A DNA stretch of 64,000 nt. Origin: a plasmid. The DNA is taken from sequence record NZ_CP044066.1. The stretch is one strand, 5' to 3'. The position numbers and the translations under genes are program-made. The notes beneath the pieces were generated by a model. That model was not told where the DNA came from. It ran no database searches and was given only the letters and a program-made list of their open reading frames with translations. This document shows, piece by piece, positions 30,703 through 39,864 of the stretch (position 1 is its first letter; each line of letters begins with the position of its first letter).

Positions 30703-33027
30703 CTACGACTGCGCCAGCGCGACGACATCGATGACGCCGTCGGCGTCGTCCACGAGATCGGGCGTCTGCGAGATGAAGAACTCCCGCTGATACCCGCCAA
30801 CCCGCAGCACTTCGCGCTTCATCTTCATGAAGGCACGCTTGCGCTCCGGATCCAGCGGACCGTCAGCCTCATCGGTGAACAGCGTCTGGAAAGGCTGCTG
30901 CGCGTCCTGCGCCCGATACAGGGCAATTCCGCGCGTCAGGCACTCGTTGATCCAGACCTTCTGGCCCCCTGACATCACACCGAACTCCTTCATGGTGTCG
31001 TTGTCGGCATCGATCACGTTGATGGAGAAGCCCTCGCGCATCTCGCCGCTGGCCAGCGCCGTCTGCGTCTGGATCGCGATAGTGAATCGCGGTCCATAGC
31101 AGGCCAGGAGCAGGTCATTGACGATCTGCGTGATAGCCGGGCCCGCGTCATCGATGGACAACGCGATCACACCATCGTTGCCAAGGCCTTTCGCAAGCAG
31201 CTTCCACTTCGCGATCTCGTCAGAGATGGCCTGCGCCTTGGTCTCGAGCGCCGGCATGCCGGCGAGCTCAAGATCCAAACGACCGCGCTCGACCACCAGC
31301 ATGCTCTCCTGCCGAATCAGCGCTTCGATCCGGCCGGCAATGGCAGCGACAGCCTCACGGCCCGCTGCAATCTGGCGATCCAGCTGCGCCAGCATGCCGG
31401 TCACGTCCTCCGTGGCCAACGTTGCCAGCTCCCGACGCACCGTTTCGAGCTGGGATTGCACGTCCGCAACGTCGCGCTTGTGACGCTCAACTCGCGATGC
31501 ATCCTCCTCGATCAATGCCGCCAGATCTCGCTCGGCCTGCGCCAATCCTTCCCGCGCGGTAGCCATTAGCGGCATCTTGGCAGCCGTCGCGGTGAGGCGC
31601 TGCAAAAGCTGCTGATCGCGCAACAGATCCGCCTCGAGGGCGGAAAGCGCAGCCCGCGCCGTGGCACGTTCAGACACCTGCCCTTGCATCGACTGCATCT
31701 GCTCAAGCTTCTTGCGATAGCTTTCACGCAGCGCCTTGACGGATACGACCTGATCGCCGAGTTTCGCCTTGGCATTGCGGGCTTGCGCCAGCAATGGACA
31801 GGCGGCGTGCATCGGATCATCCCGGCATGGCACGGTGTCGATGACATCGGCCTGCAGCTTCAACGAGTCGGCCAATTTCGCGCCGGCAACGCCTTGCTGC
31901 TCCAGGCCCTTGAGCTCGGTGCTGAGCGAGGCATGCTCGACATAAGCCGCGTCGAACTTCTCCACGATGGCACGCTGGCTGGCAATGGCGTCCTGCCGCC
32001 GGCCGACGACCAGTTGCAAGGCATCCCGCTCGCCGGCCGCCGCCTTAATAGCCGAAGCCTCCGTCAGTACAGCACGATTGCCTGACAACTGCCGCTCGAG
32101 ATCCCGCCTGCGCGCCACAGCACGACCGGCCGCAACGTGATCATCGCTGGCAAGCGATGCCCTACGCTGGTCCAATTCGGCCCTGCGCTGGTTCAGCTCT
32201 CGCAACCGTGCTTCCGTACCGGCATTGGCCTCCTGCTTCGCCGCCAGCGTTGCGCGCTCCTGCAGCAGCTTCGCGCCCTTCGCCATTTCCTCATCACGGG
32301 CGCCCCGCTCGGTATCCAGGCTCTCGCCCATCTGCCAGATCTCCCGGGCGACCACCGCCGCCCGATCGCGCTTCCCCGTGAGGGTCAGTAGATTCCGCTG
32401 AAGGGTGTCCAGCGAGCGCGTCAACAGCTTGGCCACATCACCCGCCTTCGCGGACAATTCGCGCAAATGATCGATGCCCAGCAGTTCGGCGAGCAGCTTC
32501 TTGATCTCGCCCGGCTGGTAGCTGGCGAGCGGCCGCCGATTCTGCGCGGAGAAGACACTGGTAAAGAACGCTTCCGGCGAGCCGAGAACCGCTTCGATGC
32601 ACCGGTTGTAGGTGTCGGCTTTGCCGTCTGACAGGGTGCCGTCCGCAAGCTGCAGGGGCGACCAACTGCCATCCGAGGCCTTCTCGAACAGGTAGTACTC
32701 GGCCTTGCGGCTTTTGCCAGGGTTGCGAAACGCGAACGCGGAGCGATAGGTCTTGCCGCCGTGCTCCCATTCCAGATCCTTCTCCGCGCGCGGAGCGCAC
32801 AGGTGGTCCCAGTACGAGAACGCGTCGACCGACATCTTGCTCGCGTGGCTCGGCATGATCGGATACGGATGCAGGTTGTCCATGATCGTCGTCTTGCCGG
32901 CTCCGTTGGGGCCAACCAGCGCAATCAGGCCAGTCGGCAGCGTCGTCAGGTCAACCGTGACGCTATCGCGGTGCATACCGTCGCGGATGCCGTGGAACCC
33001 AGCCAGCGTCAGTTTCAGTGGGCGCAT
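30703..33027 (-). CDS. SbcC/Rad50-like SMC-family ATPase (774 aa)
   Basis: N-terminal Walker A LIALVGPNGAGKTTIMD, ~450 aa coiled-coil region (Ala/Leu/Gln/Arg heptads) with central CxxxxxxxxC (VPCRDDPMHAACP), C-terminal signature MSGGQK, Walker B/D-loop LFTDEADGPLD. Confidence 0.8.
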   Translation of the reverse strand: MRPLKLTLAGFHGIRDGMHRDSVTVDLTTLPTGLIALVGPNGAGKTTIMDNLHPYPIMPSHASKMSVDAFSYWDHLCAPRAEKDLEWEHGGKTYRSAFAFRNPGKSRKAEYYLFEKASDGSWSPLQLADGTLSDGKADTYNRCIEAVLGSPEAFFTSVFSAQNRRPLASYQPGEIKKLLAELLGIDHLRELSAKAGDVAKLLTRSLDTLQRNLLTLTGKRDRAAVVAREIWQMGESLDTERGARDEEMAKGAKLLQERATLAAKQEANAGTEARLRELNQRRAELDQRRASLASDDHVAAGRAVARRRDLERQLSGNRAVLTEASAIKAAAGERDALQLVVGRRQDAIASQRAIVEKFDAAYVEHASLSTELKGLEQQGVAGAKLADSLKLQADVIDTVPCRDDPMHAACPLLAQARNAKAKLGDQVVSVKALRESYRKKLEQMQSMQGQVSERATARAALSALEADLLRDQQLLQRLTATAAKMPLMATAREGLAQAERDLAALIEEDASRVERHKRDVADVQSQLETVRRELATLATEDVTGMLAQLDRQIAAGREAVAAIAGRIEALIRQESMLVVERGRLDLELAGMPALETKAQAISDEIAKWKLLAKGLGNDGVIALSIDDAGPAITQIVNDLLLACYGPRFTIAIQTQTALASGEMREGFSINVIDADNDTMKEFGVMSGGQKVWINECLTRGIALYRAQDAQQPFQTLFTDEADGPLDPERKRAFMKMKREVLRVGGYQREFFISQTPDLVDDADGVIDVVALAQS

Positions 33028-33530
33028 TCAGACAACTCCGCGCCGGAGAAGGAGTGCAGATATTCCGAAGAGACCTCCATCACGTTCTCGTCGAACGTAG
33101 GCATCTCTGAGGCGACCGGGGCATCGCGCTCGGGCTTTCCCACAATCGCGCGTTCCACAGAGCGGCGAGCCGCGGTAAACTGCGCAGCAGCCATCTTCAT
33201 CACGGCGGCCCAGTCCTCCAAGCCCGTGAGGGCTCGCAGTTCCAGCTGGCTCCACTGGGAAGCCAGGCCGTTGGTGAACGACCAGATGAGGTCCTGCAGT
33301 TCCTTGGATGGCGCCACGGCGAAGAAGGTGTTACTACCCGCCTCGCCAAGCGCCATCACGAGCATGTGATCGCGCTTGGCGATCACCGCGCCGCGGCCGG
33401 TGCCGAACGGCTCGTACATCATGCATTGCGTGAAGCCATGCTGCTCGGACAAGCGTTTGGCCATGTCGGAGCGATTGATAAAGGTCTCTTCGACGAACAA
33501 CCAGTCGGGTCCAGCGTGGTAGAGAATCAT
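33015..33530 (-). CDS. hypothetical protein (171 aa) translationally coupled to SbcC-like gene
   Basis: ATG 33530; 3' end overlaps SbcC-like start by 13 nt; no recognised motif. Confidence 0.5.
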   Translation of the reverse strand: MILYHAGPDWLFVEETFINRSDMAKRLSEQHGFTQCMMYEPFGTGRGAVIAKRDHMLVMALGEAGSNTFFAVAPSKELQDLIWSFTNGLASQWSQLELRALTGLEDWAAVMKMAAAQFTAARRSVERAIVGKPERDAPVASEMPTFDENVMEVSSEYLHSFSGAELSECAH

Positions 33531-33610
33531 GGTGCACTCCTGAAAAATGACGGAGTGCGACCCGGACGGGCGGCACCCGTCTGGGTAAGGGAAAGGGAAT
33601 AGATACTTCG

Positions 33611-33640
33611 GGGTCGATGCGTCAGAGACGCGGGTAAAAC
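33611..33640 (-). promoter_or_regulatory. conserved island dyad motif copy 1 (GGTCGATGCGTC-n3-GACGCGGGTAAAAC)
   Basis: ~85 bp upstream of start 33530; one of 6 copies (see finding). Confidence 0.55.
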
Positions 33641-33706
33641 CAGTTTTCGACAGCCGCGTGGGCTGTCGGAACATGGCTCTGCCAGGTTCAAAGGGTTGGC
33701 GTATGG

Positions 33707-35137
33707 CTACGCAAAGAGATCGTCAGTGAGCCAGTTCATCGCCGGTTCCGCGGCAGCCAGCGAAGGTGCCGCCGAATCCTTCGGTCCGGCGGTACCAGCG
33801 TCGAACTCCATGTCGACCAGACTGGCGACGACAGGCGGGCCAGTGACGACCTGCGCGGCGCGCTCCAACTGCACAGCCACCGCTTGCTCCGGCAATCCGC
33901 CAAGCACCCGATCGGCGATCGACTGTGCGTCTAGCGTCTCGAGCATCGACAGGCCGTCGATCAACGGATTTGCCTCCACGCCCGTCAGCTCACACCAGCG
34001 CGTAAGCTTCTCAGGCAACGTGGCCGCGCGGCTGATGCCTTCCGCACGGCTGCGCACCGCAGGCAGGACGCGCGCTTCCAGCTTGATCTCCGCACTGGCA
34101 CTGAACAGCGCCAGAATGGCGTCGCGATCGACCAGCTGGCGATGCTCCTCGTTGACCGTCCATCGTACCCGCACGAACTTGTCGGCGGCGCCTGCGGCGA
34201 CCTCGGTGAGCTTCACCATGTCTGGCGGACCATCGAAGTCCACGCATAGCGTCTCCCGCGCAGGCGTCTGCACCTGCGTGGCAGCGGCATGGCCAGGACT
34301 GACCTGCCATTGCAGATAGCCCTTCGCACCGATCTCGCCATAGTGGAAGCGCCCGATAGAACCCGGATACGCGACCACCCTGCCCTCACGCTCCCATTGC
34401 TGCGCGCGATGGATGTGGCCGAGCATAAATGCATCGCAGTCTGCGTCGAAGAGCGCACCAATGGTGAACTCGTGATCGAAGCCCGCCATTGGTACGCCAT
34501 GCTCGGTCTGGCAGCCGTTGACGGTGCCATGCGAGACCCCGATGGTGCGCACACCATGTGCCCGCCATAGACGATTGATGGCACCGGCGGCCCCAAGGTA
34601 GTCAGCCAGGTGATCGCCCACCGCTGTTGCTGCACTGGCGACGCCGGCAGCAGCTGCAAGCACCGCCTTGTTGACCGTAGGCACGCAGGTGAACACGACA
34701 TCGGGCGTGCCGCGCAGCGCAAGCAGGACTTCGATCTCCTCGGGAGCAAAGACGGCCCCATCCGACGGCACGAACTGCCCGTCGCAAAGCGCAACCTGAT
34801 GGATCCTATCCGCGACATACACGGGGTGTTGCGATCCGATCAGTCGGAATAGATCCAGCGTCCCGGGAGGTTCGTGACTGAACGTACCCTGCAGCATGAG
34901 TACCGGCATGTGCGCGGTCAGTTGGTGAATGCGCCGCGCGAGCGCCGAAAGCGCGGGCGTGTGAGCGTCGAGACGGTGATCGGTCGAATCGCCCGACACC
35001 ACACCGACGTGGCAACCGGCATCGATCGCGTCGCCGGCGGCGAAGCCGAAGCAGCGGTCAGCCTCGGCCAGGTGGCCCGGCGAATAATGCAAGTCCGAGA
35101 AATGGCCCACGAGCAGGCTCTCGCCTTCTTTGAGCAT
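33707..35137 (-). CDS. SbcD/Mre11-like calcineurin-type metallophosphoesterase (476 aa)
   Basis: Phosphoesterase motifs I-V: HFSDLHYS (DxH), VVSGDSTDH (GDxxD), GHIHRAQ; GGAGG RBS before ATG 35137; long C-terminal extension. Confidence 0.75.
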   Translation of the reverse strand: MLKEGESLLVGHFSDLHYSPGHLAEADRCFGFAAGDAIDAGCHVGVVSGDSTDHRLDAHTPALSALARRIHQLTAHMPVLMLQGTFSHEPPGTLDLFRLIGSQHPVYVADRIHQVALCDGQFVPSDGAVFAPEEIEVLLALRGTPDVVFTCVPTVNKAVLAAAAGVASAATAVGDHLADYLGAAGAINRLWRAHGVRTIGVSHGTVNGCQTEHGVPMAGFDHEFTIGALFDADCDAFMLGHIHRAQQWEREGRVVAYPGSIGRFHYGEIGAKGYLQWQVSPGHAAATQVQTPARETLCVDFDGPPDMVKLTEVAAGAADKFVRVRWTVNEEHRQLVDRDAILALFSASAEIKLEARVLPAVRSRAEGISRAATLPEKLTRWCELTGVEANPLIDGLSMLETLDAQSIADRVLGGLPEQAVAVQLERAAQVVTGPPVVASLVDMEFDAGTAGPKDSAAPSLAAAEPAMNWLTDDLFA

Positions 35138-35233
35138 GATGTACCTCCAAGGGAATGTGCCGGCATTGCGGCGAGAAAGGAAAAAGGGAAGCCGCATGGC
35201 TTCCCCTGAAGTGCCGGCACGAAGCTGGCGGAA

Positions 35234-36445
35234 TTACATGGAGACGTCTGCCGCGATTGCAGCAACCTGTTCGCGGAACGCGAACGGGTTGGTGAGCGCG
35301 GTGCGCATCTCCTCGAGCAGCGCGCGCACATCGTGATCGCGTTTGGTCCAGCCGCGGCCGAAGCTGGCCACAGCGTAGAGGCGGAGTTGGTCGCGGCCCT
35401 CCTGCGTCGCAAGGCCGAGACGGGCTACGAGATCCTCGAACTGGCTCTGGGTATCCTCATCCTCCGACGTCTCGGCAGGCGTTTGGCCCGACAGCTCTTC
35501 GCTGACGCGATCAGGCTGCGGTGGGTCTTCGTCGGTAGCAAGCGGCGATTCCAATGCCGCCACGGCCTGCGTCGCCAGCTCGAGGGCCGGGGCCGCTCGG
35601 TCAGAGCCGTCGAGAAGCGCGCCGATATCGATCTCAGCGTCCAGCGTGATGAGCCATTGCATCTGGCGCATCGCGTTGCCATTCTCATCGATCCGGCTGA
35701 TCTCGGCTTCCTGCTTCGACATCCAGAACTTGACGCCCACCAGCTTGCCACGTGCCATCGCGACGGTCTGCATGGCGGCATATGCCTTCTGCAGAACGTA
35801 GATGGAGCTTGTAGGCATCTCGATGAGGCCGAGCCCGAGGATGTGCGGGATCGAAAAGTAGAACTTGGCCGACAAATTACACGCCCCCGACTGGTACTGC
35901 GGGCATGCCTGCGGATCGCAGAGGCCGTCCGGGATGTGGTCATCCTGACGCAGGATGATCGTGCGGCCGCCAAACATTCGTCGGGCCCGGCTGGCGCGCT
36001 CGTCGCGCACTGGCGGCGCGTAGCGCTTGCAGTACCGCCGGCCATCGCTGCCGTACTCGGAGAAGTACTGGCGTCCGCTTGCGGTCCACGCAACGAGCTG
36101 GTTGGGCATGTTGCTCAGCCAGTCGTCGAAAGCGAAGATCACAGGAAAGCGCCACAGCCGATGACCCTGGCCGTCTCCACGGTCTTCACCGTAGCGCTGC
36201 ACGATGTCTTCTGCAACTGCCGGGTTCGCGAAGTCCGAACCGCGGCATGTGAACCACGGAACGTTCTTGGGATAAAGCGCGTTCTTGATTCCGGTGGCGC
36301 GCTGAATCTCAGTACCGATGTGCTCGAACGATTTGCCCTGCGCGAGCAGCGCGTCATGAATGGCAACGGCTTTGGCATTCTCGCGCGCAGTCTTGGTAAG
36401 TACCTTAATTCCAGGGCGAATGGTGCCGATGATTGGCGGCCGCAT
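35234..36445 (-). CDS. hypothetical protein (403 aa), first large gene of SbcD-containing operon
   Basis: complete ORF from ATG 36445 (MRPPIIGTIRPGIKVL...); acidic C-terminal tail (DEDPPQPDRVSEELSGQTPAETSEDEDTQSQFEDL); no recognised catalytic motif. Confidence 0.5.
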   Translation of the reverse strand: MRPPIIGTIRPGIKVLTKTARENAKAVAIHDALLAQGKSFEHIGTEIQRATGIKNALYPKNVPWFTCRGSDFANPAVAEDIVQRYGEDRGDGQGHRLWRFPVIFAFDDWLSNMPNQLVAWTASGRQYFSEYGSDGRRYCKRYAPPVRDERASRARRMFGGRTIILRQDDHIPDGLCDPQACPQYQSGACNLSAKFYFSIPHILGLGLIEMPTSSIYVLQKAYAAMQTVAMARGKLVGVKFWMSKQEAEISRIDENGNAMRQMQWLITLDAEIDIGALLDGSDRAAPALELATQAVAALESPLATDEDPPQPDRVSEELSGQTPAETSEDEDTQSQFEDLVARLGLATQEGRDQLRLYAVASFGRGWTKRDHDVRALLEEMRTALTNPFAFREQVAAIAADVSM

Positions 36446-36456
36446 GGGCCGCTCTT

Positions 36457-36759
36457 CTAGGAGGCTTCGGCGTTCGCCGGGCTCGCTGTAGGTGATGGGT
36501 GCATGCATGCGTTTCTCCTTTCCAGGAATTGAACGACAGCGGCACGGATCGACGCAGCATGCTCCCGAAGGCGCAGGGCTGTGTCGGCCCCGCGCTGGGT
36601 CGTTACGCGATTGAGGAAGGTCGCTTGCGCGGCTTCCGGGAGACTGGCGACGTGAGCCGCCTCACAAAGTGCGCGCCAGGCCTGCGGCATGTCCTTGTAC
36701 TGCGGACGGCGCAGATCCAGCGTTGCCGCAATGACGGCGGAAATCTCGTTCTGGTGCAT
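36457..36759 (-). CDS. hypothetical protein (~100 aa)
   Basis: AGGAG RBS 6 nt before ATG 36759; 11-nt gap to next gene. Confidence 0.4.
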   Translation of the reverse strand: MHQNEISAVIAATLDLRRPQYKDMPQAWRALCEAAHVASLPEAAQATFLNRVTTQRGADTALRLREHAASIRAAVVQFLERRNACMHPSPTASPANAEAS

Positions 36760-37418
36760 GAGCATCTCCTGAGGGTAGGAAGATCGAGGTCTCTCACCAG
36801 AAACAAAAAAAGCCCGCTCCGGATTTCTCCGGCAGCGAGCTTGTCGAGGTATGCACCAGCAATGCCACGCCCCTTCCGGGGGCGTGGCATCGAGGGAGCG
36901 GCGCGCCGATGCGCGCTGCTCTATGTTGAGGACGTAAAGTCGTCCTCGTGCAGCATGGTCACGCTGCACAACAACCCTTTTCGCGAACCCACAGGTTCGG
37001 CCGCAGGTTCACGGATCGGCCCGACGTCTGCCGTTCTGCCTAGGAGGGGCCTTTGAGAGAGATCCACATGGTCCCAGGCTCGAACGGTGTCCTGCGTGCG
37101 CTCATGAAGAGGCACAGCGAAGAACGCGTATTACGAGCTGATGAGGGGAAGTGTTCGGCGAAAACACTTAGCACAAGAGATATCCACACTGGTAGCCAAC
37201 CAGTCGGTGCGTGCGCATGTGCACGGCTTGATGCAGAAGATGGACTCGCCAGGAGTCGAGGTCGATGCGTCTGTGACGCGGGGTATGGGAAGCATTGTGG
37301 CAGATATTTAGTCGAATAAAAGGCAGAAAGCTCAGCAATTTCATATAGCTTTCTCGGCTCGACGACATGCATTTGTGGCGGACAATTTCAAACGAGAGAG
37401 TTCTACACGTATGGAAAA

Positions 37419-38051
37419 ATGGCCGAATCATCTGATCCCCACTTTCGGGGTACGGAGCCCGACGCTCAGCCGCAGTCGTCCGAATCTGACCGCAGCCCCC
37501 AAGGCAACAGCATTTCCTCCCAGTCACCGGCCTCGCCTGCCGGACCGAGGCCAATCCAACGGCTGCTCAGTCAGGATCGTGTCTCGCGAATCATTCCGGA
37601 CACTAACAGCACAGCGGTACTCAGCTATTGCTCGGACTTCGTTCGCGACTTCCTGCGCAGCGACTACCTGTTCTGCACCGCCAAGATGAGCGTCGCGACG
37701 AAAGGCAAGATTCTTGCGCTCGACAATCGCTTCCGCGATGCGAACGCGTGGATGGACGAGAAGCTGACGTGGGCAAGACGGCTACGCCCGCGCCTTATTA
37801 GTCTGCGCTATGACACGCGCGAGGTCGTGGTCACCCACTCGCTCGGTGGTCGTCTCGTCCGGCTGATGAATCAGCATGACCAACTTTTCGCGAACGTTCT
37901 TGGGGCGTACATGGGCGGAAAGATCGACGCCGCAGAAAAGGATAACGCGCTCTTGGGTGCGGGTCGCCACATTCGAGCGATTCACCGCCTCTGCATCCCC
38001 GACAACGATCGATTCTCCCGCGATGGCACGCTCATCGGGACGGACTGCTGA
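37419..38051 (+). CDS. hypothetical protein (210 aa)
   Basis: complete ORF after low-GC divergent intergenic region; Ser/Pro-rich N-terminus. Confidence 0.4.
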   Translation: MAESSDPHFRGTEPDAQPQSSESDRSPQGNSISSQSPASPAGPRPIQRLLSQDRVSRIIPDTNSTAVLSYCSDFVRDFLRSDYLFCTAKMSVATKGKILALDNRFRDANAWMDEKLTWARRLRPRLISLRYDTREVVVTHSLGGRLVRLMNQHDQLFANVLGAYMGGKIDAAEKDNALLGAGRHIRAIHRLCIPDNDRFSRDGTLIGTDC

Positions 38052-38073
38052 TCATCTCAATCTGAGGACACCC

Positions 38074-38703
38074 ATGGACTTTCAAGAGATTGCCCGGCTG
38101 CATAGCCGGTACAACGAGGCGCCGCTTATCATCGATATGCCCGCCGACGGCTCTGGCGCTCCGTTGCTACAAGCGCCCAACCAATCCACGCCTGCGCCTT
38201 CGAAGCCGTTCTGGACACGTCTGAGCGAAGCACAGCGCCTCGTCCTCGCGCTGCTTATCGTCGCCGGCATCGCGTTTCCCGTCGGCATGTTGGCCGCATC
38301 GGGGGGCAAGTACAACCGAGAGCTGGCCAGCGCGAGATCCGATGAAGCTATGAAGTCAACCCTGCGTGCGAGTAATCCGCCAGTCGAACGGGATCAAGCG
38401 TGGCCGGCGAAGACGCCGACGGCAGAGGCGGAGCCGATTCCGCAAGCACCCGTGCAATCTGAACCGCAAAGTCACCGCACCGACGCTAATCCCACGGCCG
38501 CCTCGGCGGTGATCGCCGGCCCAGCGAGTTCACCGTCCTCAGCGGTCGCCCCCGCGTCTATGCCCAAGCCTGCGGCAAAGGCACCGTCCGTCGCCGCGCG
38601 ACAAACTGCCGCCGCCGCGGCCGCTCCGCCTGCCCCTTCGGCAGCGAAAACGACGCCTCAGACCGACGACTCGCGGCGTGGCAACGAGATCAAACTATTC
38701 TGA
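38074..38703 (+). CDS. membrane-anchored Pro/Ala-rich protein (209 aa)
   Basis: GAGGA RBS before ATG 38074; one TM segment (LVLALLIVAGIAFPVGMLAASG); C-terminal low-complexity PAAKAPSVAARQTAAAAAAPPAPSAAKTTPQ; ends 10 bp before bactofilin gene. Confidence 0.45.
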   Translation: MDFQEIARLHSRYNEAPLIIDMPADGSGAPLLQAPNQSTPAPSKPFWTRLSEAQRLVLALLIVAGIAFPVGMLAASGGKYNRELASARSDEAMKSTLRASNPPVERDQAWPAKTPTAEAEPIPQAPVQSEPQSHRTDANPTAASAVIAGPASSPSSAVAPASMPKPAAKAPSVAARQTAAAAAAPPAPSAAKTTPQTDDSRRGNEIKLF

Positions 38704-38712
38704 AAAATCGCC

Positions 38713-39096
38713 ATGAAAACAGCAAACTTCAGTCTGATCCAGGCGGGCCTTAGTGTCGAAGGGAACATCATCGCTGACCATGGCCTGAGTTGCTTCGGCC
38801 TTGTCGGTGGCGATCTGCTGTCATCTGTCGGCCTGGTGCATGTGGGCGCCGAGGGCCTAGTTCGCGGGACCGTCCAGGCTGAGCACGTACTCGTCGATGG
38901 CACGGTCGAAGGCGATATTGTTGCCCGTGTCTCGTTGCACATCAACGGTCGAGTGAAAGGTCGAATCTCCTACGCTGGCACTATCCGGCTCGGCCCTAAC
39001 GCCATCCTCGAAGGCACGATCTCTCGAGTCTCAGGCGTCGGCTATGAGGCCCCGGGACCCGGCGCCGAAGCTCTCGAGGCGGCTCCCACGATATGA
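38713..39096 (+). CDS. bactofilin-family cytoskeletal protein
   Basis: 127 aa; repetitive beta-helical G-x-[VI]-x-G pattern (VEGNIIADHGLSCFGLVGGDLLSSVGLVHVGAEGLVRGTVQAEHVLVDGTVEGDIVA...) typical of DUF583/bactofilin. Confidence 0.7.
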   Translation: MKTANFSLIQAGLSVEGNIIADHGLSCFGLVGGDLLSSVGLVHVGAEGLVRGTVQAEHVLVDGTVEGDIVARVSLHINGRVKGRISYAGTIRLGPNAILEGTISRVSGVGYEAPGPGAEALEAAPTI

Positions 39097-39170
39097 AAAA
39101 GTGTAAGCATGCTCGACCTATTTCCGCAGTAAGCTCACATAAAACAATACTGTTTCAGCGGAATTAGGAC

Positions 39171-39206
39171 AAAAAAAGCCCGACGAACCATTTCGTCGGG
39201 CTTTTT
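39171..39206. terminator. bidirectional rho-independent terminator
   Basis: AAAAAAAGCCCGACGAACCATTTCGTCGGGCTTTTT. Confidence 0.7.
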
Positions 39207-39740
39207 CTAAGGCTGAGGCGTCATACTCACGCATTCTTCGATCGTGAAGAGCTTGGGAATTGTTACCCAAGGACCGCGGCGCCCCTGATCGTCTATGAAC
39301 GCGACGATAGGAAGGCGGCCATCGATCCGGCATTCGAACACTCGTGCACCGCGCACGCTATCGAAGATCGCGTAACGCACGCCATGGCAGATGACAAAGC
39401 TGAAGTCATCCTGCAGGATTCGCAACCCGGCACGGGCCGCAGATACGGGCAATGCCATGCCCTCCAACCAGTCGTCGAAGCCTAGGCCTGTGCGACCTCG
39501 TCGCGTCTCGGCAGACCATTCATCGACCCTGTTCCCCAGCCCTCGTCGTGGGAGATCGGAGATCTTTACTTCCAACGGTTCGGTAGTCAAGCGAGCCTCC
39601 ACGGCTGCGCCGCTCCCCCGCCAGAACGATTGCAGAATCTCCCGGCATCGCGCCGGTGCCAGTGCGAATAGACAGACAGCCAGTGCGATCTCGCAAATCA
39701 TGGCAATCTGTCCAACCATATTGTTCGTAGGGATTTGCAT
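39207..39740 (-). CDS. hypothetical membrane-anchored protein (178 aa)
   Basis: ORF with N-terminal TM (MVGQIAMICEIALAVCLFALAP); no SD; start lies 11 nt after an upstream terminator T-run, so expression is uncertain. Confidence 0.35.
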   Translation of the reverse strand: MQIPTNNMVGQIAMICEIALAVCLFALAPARCREILQSFWRGSGAAVEARLTTEPLEVKISDLPRRGLGNRVDEWSAETRRGRTGLGFDDWLEGMALPVSAARAGLRILQDDFSFVICHGVRYAIFDSVRGARVFECRIDGRLPIVAFIDDQGRRGPWVTIPKLFTIEECVSMTPQP

Positions 39741-39751
39741 AGCGTAGCCAG

Positions 39752-39780
39752 AAAAAAAAAGCCCCGGACTTAGCCGGGGC
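39752..39780 (-). terminator. rho-independent terminator after DUF932 gene
   Basis: minus strand: GCCCCGGCTAAGTCCGGGGC + T9. Confidence 0.6.
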
Positions 39781-39864
39781 ACACGCCTGAAACGACCACA
39801 TCAGTGCCTTTTTCATCGGCACATTCAGTGATCGCTTAAGACTCAGTAGAGGAAGACCTCGGGT

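Noticed and set aside
37040-37372. 110-aa minus-strand ORF in the low-GC spacer, considered as the gene served by the 36.8-kb terminator-like hairpin
   Set aside because: No RBS, odd composition (Pro/Ser/His-rich), and it overlaps the divergent promoter region. More likely non-coding.
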